A stretch of DNA of 63,821 nucleotides, the filler included, from Chrysochromulina tobinii (lineage: Eukaryota), in the NCBI GenBank assembly GCA_001275005.1. It is 6 parts of 6 records of this genome, joined end to end, with 100 filler letters (N's around TTAATTAATTAA, not from the genome) between each part and the next. Parts side by side here need not be neighbours in the genome. Positions count along the whole stretch, not along the records: positions 49,468 to 55,464 come from JWZX01000564.1; positions 55,565 to 63,821 come from JWZX01000568.1; 4 more parts are not named here. One strand, given 5' to 3'. The notes under the pieces are model-generated. The model searched no databases. It had not been told where the DNA came from and saw only the letters and a list, made by a program, of their open reading frames with translations. The translations under genes were made by a program, and so were the position numbers. Shown one piece after another: positions 55,051 through 63,821 of the stretch. Every line of letters begins with the position of its first letter. Positions within the stretch are counted from its first letter, which is position 1.

Positions 55051-55203
55051 GTGCGAAGATAGAGCGCCGACACGCGCCCGTTGAACCCGTTCCACAGAGA
55101 TCGCTGTCGGGTGACTATCAACGTGGCTCTTTCTGCGCACGAGGACTATGGTGGTGGCCACCTGCTTGGCGTATTTGACGGCCACATCCATCGAATGGAT
55201 CGC
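55051..55203 (+). pseudogene. 2OG-Fe(II) oxygenase (prolyl-hydroxylase-like) fragment with an in-frame stop
   Basis: VRR*SADTRPLNPFHRDRCRVTINVALSAHEDYGGGHLL; TAG at 55060-55062 where Tyr is expected; HxD and GGxL motifs present. Confidence 0.5.
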
Positions 55204-55769
55204 TTGTATGCGTCGATAGCTTCCCACTGTGATCGGCTCATCGAGTGCGCCAACGTGTACTCTGCCTTGGCAAGCTCCTCCTCTTTGGCCTTGCGCTCCT
55301 TGCGCACGTCGGCGTCGCGCCGCCACGACGATCGCGAGCTCGGAGGGCGAGGTCATCTTGTTGCTAGACACTCAAGGGTCTCTCCACAGTCCGGACGAAA
55401 CGCGCCGTTTTGGACCCCGCATGCAATTGGGGGAATGGGGGGGGGAGGGGGGGGGGGGGGGGGGNNNNNNNNNNNNNNNNNNNNNNNNNNNNNNNNNNNN
55501 NNNNNNNNTTAATTAATTAANNNNNNNNNNNNNNNNNNNNNNNNNNNNNNNNNNNNNNNNNNNNTAACGGCAACGGCCGGCCTCCCACCACCTCTCTCAG
55601 GAGGTTATAATAATGCTAAACTTACGATATGACTTCACCAACCATCAATAAGGATTCGAGCCGAAATGACCTCACTTTTACCCTACCCGGAACCCGCCCA
55701 CGGGCGAACGACGCGACGCCGCCGCCGTGCCCGCGAAGGGGCCACCTCGACTCCGGGTCCGGCAGTAGT

Positions 55770-56937
55770 TCATGGTAGATGGTTCGCAACCACCCGCACC
55801 CGCTTTGCCTCTTGAGGCGGCTCGGGATCAACCACCTCGCTCTCGCCATTCGCCTCGGCACTTGCACTCGCAGACTCTGCCTCGAACCGTACCGCATAGC
55901 CTTGGAAATGCGACGGCTGGGCGACAATGAGCATGTTCTCGGGCGAGACGATCTCGTCCACGTAGGTCTGCAGCCGCACGCTATAGCCATGCTGCGCGAG
56001 GTAACGCAGGCGGCCCGTGTCGAGCAGCCGTTTGCACATGCGGCCGAGCTGCCGGCGCGTGGGCGCGTCGATCCGTCCGTCGAGTAACGCGCCGAGCTGG
56101 GCAGCCTCCGGGTCGGCATTCTCGTGCTCGCCGAGCAGCGGCGCGTCGTGTTGGGCATTGGGTGCGCCGTGCTGGGCATCCGCCGCGGCGTTTGGGGCGA
56201 TGGGCGCGTCGTGTTGGGCATTGGGTGCGCCGTGCTGGGCATCCGCCGCGGCGTTTGGGGCGATGGGCGCGTCGTGTTGGGCATTGGGTGCGCCGTGCTG
56301 GGCATCCGCCGCGGCGTTTGGGGCGATGGGCGCGTTGTACGGGGCGTTGGCCGCGTCGTCCCGGGCATTGAGGCCACCGCCGCCACGGTCGCCAGAGCCG
56401 GCGCCGCCCCCAGCCGCGCCGCTCGTCGCCCAGCTCGAGATGACAGTCAGTAATTGGAAGTCCTCAGCGGAGATGCCGAGCTCCTCAAAAAAAGGCCGAT
56501 TGCAGTACGTGCCCCAGGAGCACTTGTGGTGGCAGCACGTGGCGATCACCACGCCGGAGAGCGCTGGATTTTCACGGGCCGGCACCGTCGCAGCGCTCAC
56601 GATGCTGTGCAGCGCAAAGTCGGTCGCGCAGCCGCATAAGTGCTTTGCGATGCCCACCACGGCGCACACCGGCGCCTCCGCCTCCACTTTCCCGACCACT
56701 GCGGCGTCAAGTCGATGGGCGTCCAGTGGAGGAAGCTCAAGGTCTCGCAACCATCGACGCCCATCGACGCCCATCGAAGCCGAAGCTCCTCGCGTGGCGT
56801 CGTTCTGATGACATAGAGTGGCGTCCTCGTCGTTGGATGAGATGGGACATAGAGTGGCGTCCTCGTCGTTGGACGAGAGGGCCATCGGAACCTCCGCGGC
56901 GCGTGGCTGCGGTGGCTGCGGTGGCTGCGGTGGCTGC

Positions 56938-56976
<39 letters not shown>

Positions 56977-57815
56977 GGCGTCGGCGTCGGCGTCGGCGTC
57001 GTCGTCGTCGTCGGCGGCGGCCATAGCTCCGGCACACCCCGCATCCAAAAGTGGCGCAGGTCCAGCTTGTAGCGCACAATTCGCACGCCTCTGTCCCTCA
57101 TTGACGAATCTGCAGAGTTCTGCGGCTTGGCCCAGTCGACCAGCACGTACGTGGCGCGCGGCTGGGCCTCGCTCAGCGCCTGCGAGAGGCCCGCTTTGCC
57201 GGCCCCCAGCTCCACGTACGCGCACTCCTCCGAGGCGCTGAGCGTGCGGATCACGTGCAGCATGGCAGCGTGCTGCGTGCCGTGCTTGGCTTTCTTTCGG
57301 CCGCATCCCTCTTCCGCCACATCGAGCACGGGCGGTGCGGGCGCCGCTCGAGCAGCATGAATTGCGTGCATAGATTTCACGCGCTCGAGCAAGGCGTGCA
57401 CTCGCTCCGTGGGCACGTCGCCAAGCGCAAGCGCAGCTGGCTGCGATGCGTCGGCGGTGCCACCAAGATTGCAATCACGGCGGAAGCACGGCAGTGTAGC
57501 CTCCACTTGCGCTTCCTTCGCCTTGGGGCAAATCTTCAGGTGGCGCTGCAGATCCTTAGCATAGATTGTGTGCGACGGGTCGATCGGACAAGGGATTCTT
57601 TCCCTGACGATGGTTGACCCTTTGGCCGGATCAACGGCAGCCCTAACATGGTGCCCGCAGTATTCGTGGCCCTCGACTCGCACAAAGTGGCAGTAACGGC
57701 GCTTGAGAGGCAGGTACTGTGCGCAGTGATGCGGCTCTGCCGGCGCGGGCGGCGCGGCTGTAGCAGCACGCGCCTCAGCCGTGCGGCGCAGCTCGCTGCG
57801 GTGCGACGGCAGCAT
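55770..57815 (-). CDS. TRM13: tRNA:m4X 2'-O-methyltransferase TRM13
   Basis: CCCH finger (KRRYC...YCGHH), RIPCPIDPSHTIY...HLKICP, YVELGAGKAGLS, AKHLCGCATD, IATCCHH, SPENMLIV. Contains poly-Q and 3 x 63-nt insertions. The start is tentative. Confidence 0.92.
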
Positions 57816-57895
57816 CGCTCCACCGACCGGCCGCGGCGCGGCGGTCGCCCAAGCACACGAGACACCCACCGTGCTTCGTCAAGTCTGATGTACGA

Positions 57896-57945
57896 AGTCA
57901 AGTCAAGTCAAGTCAAGTCAAGTCAAACCAAGTCAAGTCAAGTCA
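57896..57945 (+). repeat. (AGTCA)n microsatellite
   Basis: Read directly. Confidence 0.9.
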
Positions 57946-57994
57946 GGTGTGTCTCATGACACAGCGAGATATTCACAGCCACGTGGCATCTATT

Positions 57995-58960
57995 CTAGCC
58001 AGTGTCCTGCATACCCAACGTCTGCACACGTGCACGGATCGGTCGCACCGTGCTGGAGGCACCATCATGGGTGCTGTGCGACGCCGCTGCCTCGTCCCAT
58101 GCAGCATCCTTCTCAACACAGAGCAGCATCGTGCGCTTCTCGGCATTCTCAAATGGGCGCTGCACGACAGTCGCCGCGTGCAAGGACGTGAGCGCGCCCA
58201 GAAAGTGCTTGTGGGCCACGAGAGCGATGGACTTTTCAGGCTGGGTTGATAACCATTCGAGCGCCGCGCTCGCGCGCCTTGCCAGTACTGTGGAGCCGAC
58301 CTCGGGCTCTCGGCGCTCTGCACCCTCAGCGAACATGATGTCTGCCTCGCTCACGCCCGAAAAGTCGATGCGTACGCTCTCGTTGCCGCCTAGCCGCGAG
58401 TACTCGGCCTCAAGCTCCGATCGGCTCATGCGGGAGTCACACATGAACGGCCCGACGCGCTCGCGGAGCAGATCGCTCGCGACGAGGCGAGGCGTCAACA
58501 TGGTCGCCTCCGGAGAGTCGAGTGGGAACGCGGCTGCGATGCCTTCCAGCTGCGGCAGACCCAGCAGCGCCGTTGAGATTGTGCGGCGCATTGGGGAGAA
58601 GGCGACCATGTCGACCGCAAAGCCGGGCTCGCGGCGCAGCTCCGCCCGCAACGCGTACGCCTGCTCTCGGCCCTTGGCCGTCAGAAGCGGGTCGTGGTAG
58701 CGCCGGCCCGAGACGCGCTCGAGCAGCACCCATGCAATGCCATACTCGTCACGCAGCCTCACGTGCTCGGGGTCCTTAAGGTGCATTTGTGAGCGCTCCA
58801 CGGCCAGCTCGTCGGCATTGTGGTGTCCCTCGGCGTGGCGTATGACATGCAGCGTCTTGATGCGCGTACACGAAGCAGGCAGCTCGGCGTCGCGCTCGTG
58901 CAGCGTGATACGCGAGATTGTCGAGCCGATGAGCAAGAGCGCCCCGACCAGCATCGTCAT
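57995..58960 (-). CDS. Histidine phosphatase / phosphoglycerate-mutase-like protein with N-terminal signal
   Basis: HVIRHAEGHHN, DPLLTAKGREQA, SPMRRTIST, IALVAHKHFL. Confidence 0.88.
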   Translation of the reverse strand: MTMLVGALLLIGSTISRITLHERDAELPASCTRIKTLHVIRHAEGHHNADELAVERSQMHLKDPEHVRLRDEYGIAWVLLERVSGRRYHDPLLTAKGREQAYALRAELRREPGFAVDMVAFSPMRRTISTALLGLPQLEGIAAAFPLDSPEATMLTPRLVASDLLRERVGPFMCDSRMSRSELEAEYSRLGGNESVRIDFSGVSEADIMFAEGAERREPEVGSTVLARRASAALEWLSTQPEKSIALVAHKHFLGALTSLHAATVVQRPFENAEKRTMLLCVEKDAAWDEAAASHSTHDGASSTVRPIRARVQTLGMQDTG

Positions 58961-59018
58961 CGTGTTTCACAGAGGGCGTGAGGTGTGGAGAACGGAGTGT
59001 CGATTTTACGGTACTAAT

Positions 59019-60101
59019 CTACACATGTTCAATGTCATGTGGCACTTGTGGGCGTCCCTCTGTGGCACGCTCTCCTGCCTGGTCCTGAATCTCGATCGCG
59101 AGCGTCGCATCTTCCAAATGGCCCAAGTCCTCAGAGCCCGTATTCGCTGTCATGACGGGCGTCCTGCTGAGCGTCGCGCCCTCGGAGTTTGACCGAGAGA
59201 GTGGCCTGAGCTCGTGCACGAGTAACGTTGCGAGCAGCAGTGCGCCGCCCATTAGAGTCCACTGTGACGGTTCGTCGCCAAGCGCAAGAAAGACCCAAAG
59301 GGGGCCGAGGACGGTCTCTACCAGCATCAGGATCCCAAATTCGGCGGCGGTGATGTACTTGGGCGCGAGGTTGAAGCCAAGGTACGCTATGGAGATGCAT
59401 GCCGCCATGGCCACCGCCGTTGGGAGCAAGCTGCCCGGCTCCCGTGGGATGATCGACGGCGAGCAAAAGGGCGCGGTAACGAGCGTCACCGTGCCGGAGG
59501 CGATAATCTGAACGACCTGTGCTGGCAGCTGGTTGTGCTTGCGCCGATAGTACCTCATGGCGTTCATGGCGGATGCGAGGCTCAGGCCCGTCACAAAGGC
59601 AAGGGCGTCCCCGGCGAGACGGTACGGCTGCTGCTCCCTGGAAGTGCGACCATCGACGCCGAGGACACGTGGCACAAAGATGAGCGCGATGGAGGCGGTG
59701 GCGCCTGCGAGGGCGAGCCTAGTGCGCAAGGGTAGCACGTCGTCGAGGAACCACCATCCGATCACCCCCGCCCACAGGGGATTGAGTGAGATGATGAGTA
59801 GCGCCTCGGCGGAGCCTGTCATCATCAAGGAGAGTGGAAAGCCAAGAGAGGTCACAGAGGAGATGGAGCCGATAAAGAGAAGCGGTCGGATGTGGTCTCT
59901 CGTGAGTCTCAGCAGCCGCCGGACGTCTCGATGGCCCACTGAGGTAATCACGCAGCACAGCGCACAGATGAATGCGGAGCGCCAGAACGTTACGACCGCG
60001 ACCGACTCGTTTGCACCCGCAAGGCGACACAGCAGCGCGTCCGGAGTCATGAGGAAGACCGCGGCGCCTCCGATGAGGAAGCCGCGGGTGCGATCGGTCA
60101 T
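59019..60101 (-). CDS. EamA/DMT superfamily transporter
   Basis: About 10 TM helices; TFWRS, LNPLWAGVIGWWFLDD, APKYITAAEFGILMLVETVLGPLWVFLALGDEPS. Confidence 0.88.
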   Translation of the reverse strand: MTDRTRGFLIGGAAVFLMTPDALLCRLAGANESVAVVTFWRSAFICALCCVITSVGHRDVRRLLRLTRDHIRPLLFIGSISSVTSLGFPLSLMMTGSAEALLIISLNPLWAGVIGWWFLDDVLPLRTRLALAGATASIALIFVPRVLGVDGRTSREQQPYRLAGDALAFVTGLSLASAMNAMRYYRRKHNQLPAQVVQIIASGTVTLVTAPFCSPSIIPREPGSLLPTAVAMAACISIAYLGFNLAPKYITAAEFGILMLVETVLGPLWVFLALGDEPSQWTLMGGALLLATLLVHELRPLSRSNSEGATLSRTPVMTANTGSEDLGHLEDATLAIEIQDQAGERATEGRPQVPHDIEHV

Positions 60102-61147
60102 CTCATGCCACTCGGCCCGAGAGCGCTCCTGTCGAGTACACACCACCCCTCTCCTCATAAGTGAAGAGACAGACAAGCGAAGCGGCACGAGTGCCCGAGC
60201 GCCATCAGAGGAGCGGATGTAGTTCCGACGCGCGAGCGAGGGGTGCCAGGGTTCCGGACGCGGAGTCCGCAAGTTTCGTTAACGGTCACGCACCAAAATT
60301 GACGAAGTCATAGCCCACAGGGGTTTGCGGCCTTTTCGCCGGATCTTTGCGGCTCTTCGTTCAAGGCACGACAGCGATTCAAACACGCTTCCATTGCGGG
60401 GTCCCCTAACGTCCATGATGCCGAGAACAGCTTGGGCACAAGGTAGCGCACAACTGAACTCAGGGTTCTCCCTCTCATCTGCGCCTCTGCGGACTGGCGA
60501 CTGCGGTTAACGCTGGTCTGCGCGAGCCGCGAGCCGGTCTTTCAGAGCGCACGGTACCGTCCTACCGTCCGCACAGGCACGCTCCCTCCCCCACCTCTAT
60601 CTATAGGCCGATCTAGGTCGGGCGTGAAGGTCGCACTAGACTCTAGAGCAGGTCTAGCCTGGAGTCTAGCTTTAAGCATGTCTTGATTAAATTTATAAAT
60701 ATAAATTCATTAATCAGCACACACTCGACACTGTCGCTAACGCGTGTGTAGCGTCACTGTAGCAGGCCACACTAGTGGCCGGCAGCCCCTGCCCCCTTTC
60801 CGGCTGGAGCCCAGCACACTCTGCGGTCGAACTGCCGGCCTACGGACCCCGCAGTGCACGGCCCCCAGGACCCCAGCTGAACGATTCTAAAGGGATAGCG
60901 CAGAACTGCATGCTGTCACCGAGAGCGTGAATGGATACCGCGTGTCACTCTATGCTGACCTTTTCCGCAAAGCAGCCGTGCCGGCTCTGCAGGACCTCCT
61001 TTGCCCCATCGATGAAGACGCAACTGCTTCAGCACCCACCTGCAAGAATGTATGGGTCGAACGAGAGGGTGTCAGGTGGCCCGCCACTGTTGCCGGCGGC
61101 GGCGGCCGGGCAGTAGGGCCGGGAGGCGTTCGATCCATGCTCCATGG

Positions 61148-62101
61148 TCACATACCTAGAGACGGGTCGTATGTCGATTCAGGCCCATCGTGCGACTTGG
61201 TGGTCAACATAGCGTACGCCTCCTTACTGATGCGGCCTATGCGCGACCTTATGCTGCGGGGACGCTCGTCGTGCTCATCGTCGTTAATGGCGCCGGCGGT
61301 TGGGAGGAGGTCGGGCGAATGCTTGGCCGACTGGCCCAATGGCGCCGGCGGCGGGGGCACTGGCTCGGGCTCCGATGACATAAGTTTCCAGTCGATCTCG
61401 CGAATCACGCAGACGTCTACGCCAGGCGCGCTGCTGGCATCTATGCCTGCAGGTGTGATGGCAACCGTAGGTGTGATGGCAACCGTTTTGATGACGCCGG
61501 TCGCGGTGACAAATTTACCGTCGACGTCGTCGGGCCACCTCTCCATCCCATGGACGTAGTAGACGACGCCGCTGTTGAGCACGACTGTCGCGCCCATCGG
61601 GGCGGTGCGAGCAACACCGCTCAGAGCCATCCGTGGCTCGGAAGCCAGCGTCGACTCGGCAGCAGCGATCGCCTTCTTGAGCTCCGCCGCCCTTTCGTAA
61701 TCTCCGACCGCCACGGCCGCGGCCAGCTCTTTCTTCAGCTCTTCTATCGCCTCGACTTCTGTCGCCTTATCCTCTATTGCAGTGATCGCCTTCTTGAGCT
61801 CCGCCGCCCTTTCGTAGTCTTCGACCGCCACGGCCGCGGCCAGCTCTTGCTTCAGCTCTTCTGTCGCCGCGACTTCTGCTGCCGACAGGCTTTCCTCTAT
61901 TGCTGACTCTGTGGCAGCGATCACTTTCTTAAGCTGCGCGGCTGCTTCGTAGTCTCCGACCGCCACAGCCGCGACCAGCTCTTTCTTCAGCTCTTCTGTC
62001 TGCTGCCGCCGAAAACCAGGTTTAACCTTAATGTCTGCTGCCGCCGCCAGGTTTACATTCGCCAGGCCGATCGCCGCCTCGTCTGCGGCCTCGTGGAGCA
62101 T
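61148..62101 (-). CDS. Hypothetical protein with three UVR (UvrB/UvrC) motifs
   Basis: EELKxELxAAVAVxDYExAAxLKKxI occurs three times. Confidence 0.7.
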   Translation of the reverse strand: MLHEAADEAAIGLANVNLAAAADIKVKPGFRRQQTEELKKELVAAVAVGDYEAAAQLKKVIAATESAIEESLSAAEVAATEELKQELAAAVAVEDYERAAELKKAITAIEDKATEVEAIEELKKELAAAVAVGDYERAAELKKAIAAAESTLASEPRMALSGVARTAPMGATVVLNSGVVYYVHGMERWPDDVDGKFVTATGVIKTVAITPTVAITPAGIDASSAPGVDVCVIREIDWKLMSSEPEPVPPPPAPLGQSAKHSPDLLPTAGAINDDEHDERPRSIRSRIGRISKEAYAMLTTKSHDGPESTYDPSLGM

Positions 62102-63821
62102 ATCTGAGAGCAAGGATTTCCTATCTGAAAAGATCCTTGACGAAACAGTCCACGCGCAATGAAAAAAAGACCAAAAGAGACTGCGGTCAAATGTTCATCG
62201 GCCATTTTTGCGGAGCCCCGCGCCCCGGGGGCTCCGCACTTTTACTCCGCTGAGCACTACGTCAGGAATTCCATGGCTGGTCGCGGGGTTTCGCTGGAGC
62301 CTGCATACAATACTGTACACCATGTACGCCCGTGGTACTTGGTCAAGTGCGAGGCGGGGAGGGCGCTTCCGCCTGCTGACCGCCTGGCTGCGTTTGTTCC
62401 GTTTGAGAAGCATTTGAGGCGTCTGAGCGACGCGCGGAGCGCGGAGCGAGGAAGATTCATGATCGAAGATATCAGTGGTTCAGACGTTCAGTGCTCGACA
62501 CCGTCGTCACGCCTCACGCGACGGACTATGTGCAGAGATTGTAGTTAAATCTGTGTCTAGATCAAGAGTGTTTCCTAAGTGTTTCCATGACCATGTCCAT
62601 GTCAAGTTCCATGTGTTTCATGTCACATTGACGACGGTATAGGCTCTACATTGTATAGGCGTATGTTGTTCACGACGTGCTCATATAACGCGGGCCTTAA
62701 CAACAAGGCTTAACAACGGATCAGCTTTGATCGGCTATGGCGGATGAAGGAAACGCGGGTCCCCACCGGCACCGCCCTCGACCCCTGGGCCTATACTTGT
62801 TTCAAGACTTGTATGTTTGGCTTAGCCAAGAAGCGCAAAGTGCCCGGGTAGTCGACGGCCTCTTGGGAGGTGACGGGGGTGCTCTATAGAGGGGGGGTAA
62901 TCAAGTTGCCCCGCGCGCGTAGCGCGCGGGTTTTCAGCCCGCCGCAGGCGCGAAAATTTTGGCGATATTGACTGTAAATCACTACATTTAGGCCCTGAAA
63001 TTGATGCCACTCACACACTATTGACTGCGACGTACATGTATGACAGTATGAGTACCGACAACTTTGATGGCACACTAGCCACAATGACAAAAGCAATAGT
63101 CTCGCTCCCTTATCCGCCTGCTCTCTCGACTGCATGGCCGGGATCCATAGCGAACTCGAGCCTGAAGTGAAGATATCCTTATCCGAAAGCTGGATTGTAG
63201 CCTCACACCACCCTGCGGAGCACACGAGAGTCAGCAACGAGCACAAGCTGAGTCGTCATCTGCGTGGAGAGAGTCGAGGCTCACAAGACGGGCATTACAC
63301 TGTTTGCAGCTGACTGCTGGTCGATTGCTGCTCATCACTGTGCTTGGCCCACTGCTTCCAGCGGTTGGTGGCCGCCGCCTTTGCTGCATGTTCCTCTAGC
63401 AATTCTTTCGCTTTTGCTGCAGCCTTTGCTGCGGCTGCTGCGGCGCGACCACCCTTCTCCTGCCAGTAGGCAGGCCAGCCTTGCTGCGGTCACCGCCATG
63501 GCCACCCTTGCGGATGTATGTCCTCACCATTGAGACGTAGAGAGGGGCGGCAGCCAAGATGCTGGGTCGCACCGGAAGCGAAGGTGTGCGCGGGATGTTT
63601 CGTGAACAAAGTTGGAAATGCTGTTTGCGGGCTTCGCTTTGCCGACGCAAACCGAATTTCCGCGGTTCGGGGGTCTACGTTCCGAGATCTGTCGATTGGC
63701 ACCCTGCATTATGGTGCATTATCTCGCTAATAACGCAGGAAAGAGTGACTACTTGAGTAGTGGTGAGTAACCTTAGACGTCGCACGCGGAGTGCGCAAAG
63801 GGTGTTCTAGACAGACAACCC

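Noticed and set aside
9699..55564. Repeated TTAATTAATTAA palindrome in N runs, and an apparent immune-gene cluster spanning the ankyrin genes and the NLR-like gene
   Set aside because: The spacer is an identical 100-nt artificial joint, so it is not biological and linkage across it is unsupported.
60600..60800. CTAG-rich and AT-rich palindromes suggesting a Helitron or MITE end
   Set aside because: No matching second end or second copy in the window.
63396..63530. Minus-strand MVRTYIRKGGHGGDRSKAG, reminiscent of a transposase N-terminus, near a GC hairpin and CGCCGCAGGCGCGAAAATTTT at about 62940
   Set aside because: Too short, no catalytic domain or defined element ends visible.
1..63821. 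tRNA, rRNA or an autonomous transposase / reverse transcriptase that could mobilise the introns
   Set aside because: None recognisable by eye; any enzyme responsible must be encoded elsewhere.

Overview
High-GC eukaryotic nuclear DNA, most likely a haptophyte alga of the Chrysochromulina type. This is inferred from spliceosomal GT/GC-AG introns, (CCCTAA)n telomere-type repeats, a signal-plus-transit-peptide protein and the gene content. The window is six contigs joined by artificial 100-nt spacers (44N-TTAATTAATTAA-44N), so adjacency across spacers means nothing. Recognisable genes: two ankyrin-repeat paralogues (one running into an IRAK/Pelle/RLK-like kinase), a PA + PNGase F-like membrane protein, a HET-NACHT-LRR-HET NLR-like gene, an SLC35A transporter, a DM14/C2 protein, a PH protein, DUF1823, a full-size ABCA transporter, UDP-glucose pyrophosphorylase, an EF-hand protein, TauE, AcuI, a sulfotransferase-like protein, TRM13, a histidine phosphatase, an EamA/DMT transporter and a UVR-repeat protein. 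Four observations stand out. (1) A family of apparently young introns built from a 14-38 nt duplication of the exon target site, CTGAT-containing tandem filler and a shared 3' end, with no terminal inverted repeats, suggesting an intron-generating system. (2) A 729-nt LRR cassette inverted inside the NLR-like gene, which restores frame and repeat register exactly when flipped back. (3) Near-identical 99-nt ankyrin repeats that vary mainly at binding-surface codons, fused to a Pelle-like kinase. (4) A head-to-head UGPase / EF-hand gene pair that both begin with the same kind of RIIa/Dpy-30-like docking domain.
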